From an uncultured delta proteobacterium (GTDB lineage Bacteria; Desulfobacterota; WTBG01), in the NCBI GenBank assembly GCA_963793865.1, contig CAWCBP010000004.1, positions 128,001 through 192,000 of the forward strand: a DNA stretch of 64,000 nt, read 5' to 3'. A program made the translations under genes and the position numbers. The notes below the pieces were generated by a model, which did no database searches, was not told where the DNA came from, and worked only from the letters and a program-made list of their open reading frames with translations. Every line of letters starts with the position of its first letter. Position 1 is the stretch's first letter. Shown one piece after another: positions 56,112-64,000 of the stretch.

Positions 56112-58733
56112 TTAGTCGTCCTCCACCTCGGTCAGTGCCTCAACCGGAACCGGCATTACCTTGCGGTACACCTCCTGGGGCTTTTTCAGCGTTCTCCCCA
56201 CGGTAAGCAGATCAGCCGTCACCGAAATCCCGAACAGCCGCTCGTTTTCTTCCAGATAGGGACGGATCAGCCTCCAGTCGGCGGTGGAGATGTCCGTAAT
56301 TCTACCACCATTGAGCTGTTCTTCAACAACTTTTCGCTGGGGGTCCCTCACATAGATGGCACCGCCTGATGCAAGGGAAAAAAGATTCGAACCCGGATAG
56401 GGATTTTTAAGCCCCACCACCTTGCCGGTGTTATCAAAATGCACGCCGTTTAAGATCACAAATCCGCCGCCGTTTAACGGGTCCCCCGCCATGAAAGACT
56501 CCGCCAGATAGTCCAGACAGGTTCCGTTAATCACCACCCGGGGATAGCCCACGGCGTTGATCAGCGGGCGGCCCGCCGCATTGCCCATCACATACACCTC
56601 ACCGCCCTTTGCGCCGTACATGAATGTCTGCCCCACATCGCCATATACCACCAGCTTGCCCCGTTTCATGATCTGGCCCAGCTGGTCCTGCGCATTGCCG
56701 TGAACGTGCAGCTCCATTCCGTCTATGCCCGACGCCAGGTAGTCTCCCGAGCTGTCATAGACATCCATCCTCACCCCGTCCGAGGCCTTGCCCAGGCCGC
56801 AGCCCAGGAAGCGCTGACCGCGGTAGCCGTAGCAGATAAATTGTTTCCAGCCCAGCTCAAAGGCGTCGCAGATAAGCCGCGCGTCACAGTCATCCCCCTC
56901 GGGAGGAAAGTCCCGGGCATTGAGCACCAGAATGCCCTCCCCCGGCCGCGGTGGGCGCAGGCTTGCCCGGGTGGTCCGGTCAATCAGCCGGTACCGGCTC
57001 GTGGAATGGTGATCAAGCCTGGGCGTTGCGGCGAAGATTCCGGTCAGCGCCTGCCTCACCAGGGCTAATACCGAGCTGCGCTTCTTGATCCCGGTGTCAA
57101 AATAGCGGTCGTTGAGGTGGGTCAGCACTTCTATGGAACGCGCCTTATCCCCGTCATCCTGCCGGGCGTGGGCGCAGAGAAACTCAATCATCCGCTCAAG
57201 ATCGACATAATCCCAGATGGGCATGTTCTTGACGCAGTAGTCCTTTAAATCCAGTGTGTTCATCGAGCCTGCATCGCGCAGCAAGCCCTGGGAGACCTTG
57301 TACTGGTCCGCGGAAACCGTGGTCACCGATGAAGGCCGGTAATGCTTCTGATCTGAGGAGGTCTTGACTGCTTCACCAAACTTATTGGTGCATACCAGCA
57401 TCTTGCTGCCATCACCCTTGCCCGCATCCTTCACCGTGAAAAGAAAGGCCCCGCCGTCGCTGGCGCTGCCTCCCCGGGCGTTCCAGTAGCGGTCAGCGAC
57501 GGGACAGAAGCGGCTGTCTTCCGCTGCCAGGTTCTGGAGCGTTGCATCAATGGCCTGCTTCTCGGAACAGATCAGGCCTATCTGCACCTCCCCCTCCTGG
57601 AGGGCAAAAACCTGGGGGCGCAGCATGGCCGTGTCGGTAATGCCCATGAGCTGAAAAAAGTTTTCATACGGGTTGTTGCGCGCGATAATGAAAAACCAGG
57701 GCCCGTCGGGCGCACACTGGGTGTGCCCTGCCTGGATATAGCGGTACACATGCTGCTTTTCCGGGGGAAGCTGGTCGAAATCGTGCTCGGAGGTCGGGGC
57801 TATGGCCTCTATTATATATTCCATGGGATAACCGAAGGTGCGGTTCCATAAATCAAACAGGAGCACCGAGACCTCGGTATCGGTGAGAAACTGGGGAAAG
57901 ATGTTATGCTGCCGCAGATACTCGCTCACTGCGTGATAGTTGGCAAAGTCACCGTTGTGCACCAGGGCCTCATCCATCCCGATAAAGGGGTGGGCGCCGC
58001 CGGGATGCCAGACCTTTCCCTTGGTGGGATAGCGCTGATGCGCAATCCAGCCGTGGGCCCGGAAGTCATCCAGCAGGTAGTACCGGGCCACCTGCTCGGC
58101 ATAGCCGACGATTTTGAGGATCATGATATTGCGGCCATGCGAAAGGACAAACGCCTTTTTTTCACCCAGCGATGCATAAAACGCCCGGTTAATGAGGAAG
58201 GAATTCTGGTAGATATATTCATCTTCCGCCCTTAAGGGATCCATGTCGTGAAGGCGGTGCTCCTCGATAAATCTTTGGAGCACCTTCTTTTTCACCCGCA
58301 CAAAGTAGCGCCACACATCAGGAGGCCGGACCTCCAGCCCCGCGATATCCCGGTAATCGTCGACGGTGGGAATGCGCTCCGCCTTGTGCACTTCCATAAA
58401 CGGCGCAATATAACCGGCTTCCACGTCCGGGCGCGCCCCGGGCTCAAGCAGGGCAATCTGCAGCAGGTAGTGGCTGTCGAGCACCTCCTGCGTCACCCCC
58501 AGATCCCGGGCGGACAAGCCCACCGCGGCAATCCCCCCGCCCTTGCCGTTTCCCCGGTTGTGCATCTGAACCGACGGCTCGAAAATGTGGCGTCCCCTCA
58601 CGGGAATGGAGGCGATAAAGCCGGTTACGCCGCACCCTCCCTCCTCCGCGGCTTTCCTGACCGTCACGTCCGGTCTGGGCAGCCGTCCCCGCGATGCGAT
58701 AATCTTATCAATGGACCGGTAATCCTGATTCAT
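56112..58733 (-). CDS. Glutamate-synthase-like class II amidotransferase plus GXGXG beta-helix fusion (GltB domains 1+3)
   Basis: GGCGV, NRG, HQRYPT...W....HPF...VHNGD; C-terminal GXGXG repeats (GQRFLGCG, VYGDVG, VMGNAAG). Confidence 0.85.
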   Translation of the reverse strand: MNQDYRSIDKIIASRGRLPRPDVTVRKAAEEGGCGVTGFIASIPVRGRHIFEPSVQMHNRGNGKGGGIAAVGLSARDLGVTQEVLDSHYLLQIALLEPGARPDVEAGYIAPFMEVHKAERIPTVDDYRDIAGLEVRPPDVWRYFVRVKKKVLQRFIEEHRLHDMDPLRAEDEYIYQNSFLINRAFYASLGEKKAFVLSHGRNIMILKIVGYAEQVARYYLLDDFRAHGWIAHQRYPTKGKVWHPGGAHPFIGMDEALVHNGDFANYHAVSEYLRQHNIFPQFLTDTEVSVLLFDLWNRTFGYPMEYIIEAIAPTSEHDFDQLPPEKQHVYRYIQAGHTQCAPDGPWFFIIARNNPYENFFQLMGITDTAMLRPQVFALQEGEVQIGLICSEKQAIDATLQNLAAEDSRFCPVADRYWNARGGSASDGGAFLFTVKDAGKGDGSKMLVCTNKFGEAVKTSSDQKHYRPSSVTTVSADQYKVSQGLLRDAGSMNTLDLKDYCVKNMPIWDYVDLERMIEFLCAHARQDDGDKARSIEVLTHLNDRYFDTGIKKRSSVLALVRQALTGIFAATPRLDHHSTSRYRLIDRTTRASLRPPRPGEGILVLNARDFPPEGDDCDARLICDAFELGWKQFICYGYRGQRFLGCGLGKASDGVRMDVYDSSGDYLASGIDGMELHVHGNAQDQLGQIMKRGKLVVYGDVGQTFMYGAKGGEVYVMGNAAGRPLINAVGYPRVVINGTCLDYLAESFMAGDPLNGGGFVILNGVHFDNTGKVVGLKNPYPGSNLFSLASGGAIYVRDPQRKVVEEQLNGGRITDISTADWRLIRPYLEENERLFGISVTADLLTVGRTLKKPQEVYRKVMPVPVEALTEVEDD

Positions 58734-58799
58734 GCTCTCATCAATCCTTTGCGACGGTTGCCTGTGACTATAGATACGTGGCCCGTGGGGCGGGGGTAG

Positions 58800-60350
58800 C
58801 TAAATAATTATTTTATAGCTGGGGGCCGGCTGATACTGAGCCCGCTCCTCTTCATCAAGGTAATCAAGGTGCACCAGCAGGTCGCTGCGGCCCGTCAGCT
58901 CGCGTATGCTCCGCATGCCGAATCCCCGGAGCAGCTCGCACCACTGCCTGCGCCAGGCCATGTACATGTTGACGATGCGCTGTTCCGCCCAGGCTGCGGT
59001 TATCATGTTGCTCAGCTCGGGATCGGTTGAGGCAATGCCCCGCGCGCAGCCCCGGCCGCTTTCGCACTTCCCGCAGCGCACGCATTCCAGGGCCACCATT
59101 TCCGCCGTGCCGATGACCACCCCGTCGGCACCGAGGGCAATGGCCTTGGCCACGTCCATGGCATTGCGAATACCCCCGCTGGCAATCAGGCAGACGCTGT
59201 CGCGCACCCCTTCGTCACGGAGAAACTTGTGCACCCTGGGGATGGCATACTCAATGGGCATGGCGATATTCTTCTTGGCAATGTCCGGGGCCGCCCCGGT
59301 TCCGCCATAGCTTCCGTCTATGTGGATGATGTGCGCCCCGGCATAATAGCTCCCCACCGCCACCATATCCACATCGGTCGGGGTGGATACCTTCACCGAA
59401 ACCAGCGCCCGGGGATTGATCTCCTTCATCCAGTCCACATGCTTCTTGTGGTCTTCAACCGAGTAGACGCTGTGAAAGGGGAAGGGTGAAAAAAGGGCGC
59501 TGCCCACCACCGTCTCCCTGATGGCGGCAACTTCCGGGGTAACCTTGTCACCGAGCAGGTGCCCGCCCAGGCCCGGCTTTGCGCCCTGGGCATACTTGAA
59601 TTCAATCACCGGTGCCAGGAGAATGGTCTCCTCGCGGACACCGAAGAGGCCGGTTGCCACCTGGGTGATAACATGATCGGCATAGGGAGAAAGCTCCTGG
59701 GGATAGCCGCCTTCACCGGTACAGGTCAGGGTATTGAGCCTTTTTGCCGCCCGCGCCCTTCCCACCATGGCCGAGAGGGCGGTGGAACCAAAGGACATGC
59801 CGCCGCCATAGCAGGGCAGCGAGAGGACTTTTTCGATTCTGCCGTCACGGCGCCGGTTGAGGGCAAGGCTGGTATCAATCTCTTCATCGCCGCAGCTGAG
59901 CCGCGCAGCCGGATCGGGACGCTTGAAGCGCATCTTGTCAAAGCCGCCCCCCGAGCACCCCAGGCTGTACTCCAGATCAACCAGGGGAAGTTCGCCCGTC
60001 TCCGCCATTTCCCAGTGGCCCAGGATCATCTCCGAGGTCCAGCGATAATCACCCAGCGTTTCCAGTATGGGGTTCAGGCGCAGGGTCAGGGCCTGTTCGG
60101 GACACCGGCTGACACAGAAGAAATCATTTTTTTCACAGGAAAAACCGATGCACTTGTGCTCCCGGGGTCGCATCGGCTGGGAGAAGTTGTCGTAGCGTGG
60201 GTGCACCCCGTACGGACAGAGCTTGGCGCACAGGCCGCAGGAGATACAGCGGCTGTTTCGCCTGATGGTGTACTTGCCGATGCTGTTGCGGAACCGCGAT
60301 GGGGTTATGGCAACATCCGGCAGGGTGATCATTTTTTCAGCAGTGTTCAT
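58800..60350 (-). CDS. Ferredoxin plus FMN-binding glutamate synthase domain 2 protein
   Basis: CxxCxxCxxxC, GMSFGS, TGEGG, QGAKPG.GG, DG..GGTGAA, SGGIR, CxxCxxC...C..GIA. Confidence 0.9.
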   Translation of the reverse strand: MNTAEKMITLPDVAITPSRFRNSIGKYTIRRNSRCISCGLCAKLCPYGVHPRYDNFSQPMRPREHKCIGFSCEKNDFFCVSRCPEQALTLRLNPILETLGDYRWTSEMILGHWEMAETGELPLVDLEYSLGCSGGGFDKMRFKRPDPAARLSCGDEEIDTSLALNRRRDGRIEKVLSLPCYGGGMSFGSTALSAMVGRARAAKRLNTLTCTGEGGYPQELSPYADHVITQVATGLFGVREETILLAPVIEFKYAQGAKPGLGGHLLGDKVTPEVAAIRETVVGSALFSPFPFHSVYSVEDHKKHVDWMKEINPRALVSVKVSTPTDVDMVAVGSYYAGAHIIHIDGSYGGTGAAPDIAKKNIAMPIEYAIPRVHKFLRDEGVRDSVCLIASGGIRNAMDVAKAIALGADGVVIGTAEMVALECVRCGKCESGRGCARGIASTDPELSNMITAAWAEQRIVNMYMAWRRQWCELLRGFGMRSIRELTGRSDLLVHLDYLDEEERAQYQPAPSYKIII

Positions 60351-60357
60351 CGGTCAG

Positions 60358-61764
60358 CTAAAGCCCCTTTATTTTTCTTTCGCCAAAAAGCGGTCCGAAG
60401 CTTTCCCGCTCCAGATCCTCAAACCACATGGAACGGCCGACTTCACCCCGAAGCCGCCGCATCTCACGTATGCCCATGGCGCCCATCACCTCGATGAGCT
60501 GGTTGCGCCAGGCCGCTATGAGGTTGGTGATGCGCCGGCGGCCCCAGAAGGGATCAAAGTCGTCGAGCCGGACCGGGCAGGGTTCGCCCTTCTGGCACCG
60601 GTAGCACACCCGGCACTCCAGAGCGATGAGCAGCGCGGTATCAGCAGTAACGCCGTCGGCACCGCAGATTATTGACTTGGCAACGTGTTCAGCCATGGCA
60701 ATGCCCCCGGTAAAGATCAGCTTCACCTTTTGCCGGATGGACTTCTCAACCAGGCTGAGATGGATCTCCCTGATCATCTCCTTTAAAAAGCGAGGATTGT
60801 GAGATGACTGCTCATTGCCGTGGTTGTCGGCATAGAAGTGGATGGTGTCCACCTCGGCCAGGGCGAGGTCAACCGCCCGGCCCGCCGCTTTTTCATCCAG
60901 CGGTATGCCCACGGAGATGATCACATCCGGCTTCATGGCGCGCACGGCGGCCATCGCCTCCTCAACTCCTTCTTCATAGGCCAGCTCAACCATCCGGCTT
61001 TTCCCGATCAGCCCGGCGTGCCTGCCGTACGTGGCCTTGCTCATGCAGGGGATGAGGTTGGCGGCGTAGGATGAGAGCACCCCGGTGCAGTCTTCAGGCC
61101 TGACAAACATCATGGTACCCAGGACGTTTGCCGCCAGGGCCATGGCTATCAGCACCTTCTCATTGAAAACCCCGAAGTCCGGCCTCTGGAACAGGATGGG
61201 AATGGGAACCTCCAGGATGGGAGGCAGGTCCATGTCAATGGTCATATCATCCTTGAACCTGAGCCGGGTCACCCTCCGGGAAAGCTCAATGCAGGTATTG
61301 ATATATTCGCGCCCGTGAATTCCGTCGCGGGTGGGACGGACAATCTCGGACATGTCCGTCCACATGGAGTCGAACCCCGGACCCACAAAGGGGCCGCGGT
61401 AACCGGCCCCGGAAACGGGGATCTTGCCGGTGTGCGCCTGGTACCAGATGTAATGCACAATATCCGGAGTAAAGTAGCGGTCGCCCAGCGTCCGGTACTC
61501 GGGGTTGATCACCCGGGAGAAAATCCCCTTGGTGCACTCCTGCACGCAGCGGAAGCAGCTTTCGCAGGTATAGCGGTATTCCGGCTCCTTCATGCTGCTG
61601 ATGTAGCTGTGGTTGTTTTTAAAAATGTCATAGACACACTTTTTCTTGACGCACTCCCGGCAGCTTCCCGCGCAGTTTTCGCGGAACTCAACCGTCGCGT
61701 ATTTGCCCACAGGATTGAACCGGGGCGGCGTTGTCTTTATGGCAATGTGGTACTTTTTGGGCAT
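60358..61764 (-). CDS. Ferredoxin plus degenerate glutamate synthase domain 2 paralog
   Basis: Two Cys clusters, TGGI...VAK.I..GAD and CRVCYRC...CP retained; MSxG, TGEGG and GAKPG absent. Confidence 0.8.
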   Translation of the reverse strand: MPKKYHIAIKTTPPRFNPVGKYATVEFRENCAGSCRECVKKKCVYDIFKNNHSYISSMKEPEYRYTCESCFRCVQECTKGIFSRVINPEYRTLGDRYFTPDIVHYIWYQAHTGKIPVSGAGYRGPFVGPGFDSMWTDMSEIVRPTRDGIHGREYINTCIELSRRVTRLRFKDDMTIDMDLPPILEVPIPILFQRPDFGVFNEKVLIAMALAANVLGTMMFVRPEDCTGVLSSYAANLIPCMSKATYGRHAGLIGKSRMVELAYEEGVEEAMAAVRAMKPDVIISVGIPLDEKAAGRAVDLALAEVDTIHFYADNHGNEQSSHNPRFLKEMIREIHLSLVEKSIRQKVKLIFTGGIAMAEHVAKSIICGADGVTADTALLIALECRVCYRCQKGEPCPVRLDDFDPFWGRRRITNLIAAWRNQLIEVMGAMGIREMRRLRGEVGRSMWFEDLERESFGPLFGERKIKGL

Positions 61765-61778
61765 CGAAAACTCCCTGG

Positions 61779-61963
61779 CAGGCTGTTGAAAAACACCCAT
61801 CTGATTTGTGGCTCAAAGGGGGAGGGGCTTTTGACGCCACAACAATGTATCAAGACACACATCGTCATTGCGAGCTGCAGCGAAGCAATCTCATGCTGCG
61901 TAACATGCTGCTTTCTTGAAAGGGATTGCTTCGTCGTCCGCCCTGCGGACTCCTCGCAACGAC
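61779..61963. mobile_element. Family A short MITE plus family C repeat pair inside the cluster
   Basis: CAGGCTGTTGAAAAACACCCATCTG plus cassette (61779-61848); family C units at 61863-61892 and 61922-61963. Confidence 0.75.
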
Positions 61964-61976
61964 TCTTTAGTATAAG

Positions 61977-62931
61977 TTATTTATAAGACACGAGTGCCTG
62001 TGCCGGACGGGGCAGCAGTCCCGCGGCCCTGACGATCTCTTCCACTTTTTGCTCCCACTCGATGGCCATGATATGGATGCCGCGCACGCCCGGGTATGGT
62101 TTTGAGCTCCTCGATGGTCTCCAGGCATATGGCAATCCCTTCCCGGGAGGCCTTTTCCTTGGGCACGTCGGCGATCCGTTTGAGCAGGCTCTCGGGAATG
62201 TCCATCCCCGCTACCTTGTGCGCCATGTAACTCGCCATCCCCGCCGATTTCAGGGGGGTCACGCCGGCCAGGATGTGCACCTTTTCGGTCAGTCCCTCTT
62301 CTCTGGCCATTTTCATCCAAGCCTTGAAGCGCTCCATGTTATAGATGCACTGCGTCTGTATGAAGTCAACGCCGGCATCAATCTTTTTTGCCAGCCGGAT
62401 AACCCGGTATTCAAAGGGATCGGCGAAGGGATTTTCGGCGGCCCCGATGAACATGCGCGGGGCGCCTTTCAGTTCGAAGCCGCTCATGTCCTTTCCCTCA
62501 TCGCGCATGGTGCGCACCGCCCGGATCAGATGCAGGGAATCGATATCGAAGACATTCAGGGCATCGGGCTGGCTGCCAAAGCTCTGGTGGTCGCCCGACA
62601 GGCAGAGAATGTTACGTATGCCCAGGGAATAGGCCCCCATGATATCCGATTGCAGGGCGATGCGGTTGCGGTCGCGGGTGACCATCTGCATGACCGGCTC
62701 CACCCCCTGCCGCAGGAGGTGGGTGGATGCGGCGATACTGGACATGCGCACGATCGCGGTTTGATTATCGGTCACGTTTACCGCGTCAACGAAGCCTTTG
62801 AGGTATGCGACCTTTTTGGCAACGGCATCGGCATCGGCCCCCCGGGGGGGACCACATTCAGCGGTGACGACAAATTCTCCCTGTGACAACAGGTTCTGCA
62901 GATTGCTTATGGGTGCTGTTGGCGTGCTCAT
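61977..62931 (-). CDS. metF: Methylenetetrahydrofolate reductase MetF, frameshift at ~62092
   Basis: ECGPP, NVTDN, RDRNRIALQ, SGDH, AKKIDAG.DFIQTQ. Removing one base in CCCGGG restores GVRGIHIMAIEWE...stop at 61977. Confidence 0.92.
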
Positions 62932-63596
62932 ACGATATGATCCTGTCTCACGAGTTTTCGCGGGCCTCCTGCGTTGCTCCGGCGCCAGTCCTTGGGTTCA
63001 ACATAGCTTTTAAGACGGCCAAGCTGCCCCAGCTCTTTCATCCGGTCGATAATCAGCTGCCAGGCACAATCGATGGCGGGGTCCACCTCGCATTTGCCGT
63101 CCTTGGATCCCCCGCAGGGACCGTTTAACAGTTTCTTGGAACAGCGGGCTATGGGACACACGCTGCCAAAGATGGCGAGCTTGCAATCGCCGCACCCCAG
63201 GCACTCCTCGGTGAAAAGCCCGTGTTTTTCAAGAATGCCGATGAAGGTGGTATTGACACCGGGCAGCACCGGCACCTTCGGAAACGTCCGGGCGATGTCC
63301 TGGACGCCGGCGCCGCAGGCAAGAGAGAGCACTGCTTCGTTGCGCGCAATGGCCTCTGCCGCTTCCTGGATAAATTCGTCTTCGCACTGCCGCTCCACGG
63401 TCAGCTCCTCCACGGCAATCTCCTTGCCCTCCATGCTCAGCGCGAGCCGCAGGGCGGAGGAAAGGGTGGCCACCTCGTCTTCGCCGCCGGCAAAACAGGT
63501 CTTGACACAGGTGCCGCACCCCAGGATTAAAATCTTCCGGTACGGCTCAACCAGTTCCTTGATTTCGGCTATTTTTTTCTGCTCACCAACGATCAT
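62928..63596 (-). CDS. metV: MetV (MTHFR small Fe-S/Zn subunit)
   Basis: GCGTC...C..GG, RQC, CGAGVQ, C.GCG.C, CP..RCSK...NGPCGG, CAW; 4-bp overlap with metF. Confidence 0.9.
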   Translation of the reverse strand: MIVGEQKKIAEIKELVEPYRKILILGCGTCVKTCFAGGEDEVATLSSALRLALSMEGKEIAVEELTVERQCEDEFIQEAAEAIARNEAVLSLACGAGVQDIARTFPKVPVLPGVNTTFIGILEKHGLFTEECLGCGDCKLAIFGSVCPIARCSKKLLNGPCGGSKDGKCEVDPAIDCAWQLIIDRMKELGQLGRLKSYVEPKDWRRSNAGGPRKLVRQDHIV

Positions 63597-63655
63597 GATA
63601 GACTCCTCTGTAAATGCAGCCGGGGTCAGGCTGCGGCCGCAGCTTGGCTGCAACC

Positions 63656-64000
63656 TTACGCCAGCCTGCTGATGTAGTGCGCGGGATTGGGCCCCAGGGC
63701 GGTTATCTCCGCCCGCATCTCCTGTATGATCCCGGCAACCGCCGCTTCATCTCCCGGGGCGACATTGAAGAGTGTCAACCTTCTGCCGCCGAGGCCGATT
63801 TCATCAAGCACTTTTTGCACCCACAGCACCCGCCTCTTTGCCCTCAGGTTGCCTTCCACGAAGCGGCATGCCCCCTCGGGACAAACCAGAACGATCACCG
63901 CGTCCGCTCCTGCCTCAAAAGCCCGCAGCAGAAACACATCTTTTACCATGCTGGAGCAGGGAAGCTTTATGAAATTAATATCTACTTCGTTGTCCTCGCC
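63656..64000 (-). CDS. mvhD: MvhD/FlpD-like [2Fe-2S] subunit, 5' end outside the window
   Basis: IKLPCS, AFEAGADAV, C..G.C.F.EGN..A..R, IGL...RL. Confidence 0.88.
   Translation of the reverse strand, partial: GEDNEVDINFIKLPCSSMVKDVFLLRAFEAGADAVIVLVCPEGACRFVEGNLRAKRRVLWVQKVLDEIGLGGRRLTLFNVAPGDEAAVAGIIQEMRAEITALGPNPAHYISRLA

Noticed and set aside
1..64000. Many long overlapping ORFs (e.g. 2459-3502, 11469-12704, 48926-50377)
   Set aside because: Antisense or alternative-frame shadows of well-supported genes, expected in GC-rich DNA; no motifs.
1..64000. CRISPR array, rRNA, transposase or prophage
   Set aside because: Repeats are dispersed or tandem without unique regular spacers; no cas, integrase, transposase or phage structural genes seen.

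Overview
A 64-kb stretch of GC-rich chromosome, most likely from an anaerobic deltaproteobacterium (Desulfobacterota; inferred from gene content and order). It is mostly core genes: partial pfkA; an adenosine-kinase-family gene; tRNA-Leu-tig-clpP-clpX-lon; pilB-pilC; lysS-lolC/E-lolD-bamA-skp-lpxD-fabZ-lpxA-gnnA-like-lpxB-msbA-waaA-lpxK-uvrD; mutS-mutL; a pgaABCD (PNAG exopolysaccharide) operon; and carA-carB-purF-serA. At the right end is a co-oriented C1/nitrogen cluster: mvhD-metV-metF, a three-gene split glutamate-synthase-like set that includes a degenerate FMN-subunit paralog, nadE, a large lytic transglycosylase, a lipoprotein and an archaeal-type glyA. This cluster is the best candidate for a poorly described system. 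The second notable signal is the intergenic DNA, which carries many small repeat families: CTAG-flanked MITE-like elements (several abutting TAG stop codons), a shared GGGGAGGGG hairpin cassette, GTAG-type REPs, and 7/8/9-mer arrays. pilB is bracketed by ~60-bp inverted repeats. Four clear frameshifts (clpX, pgaA, DUF4126, metF) and one probable one (pgaB 5' end) fall in short G/C runs and look like long-read sequencing errors. No CRISPR array, rRNA, transposase or prophage is visible.
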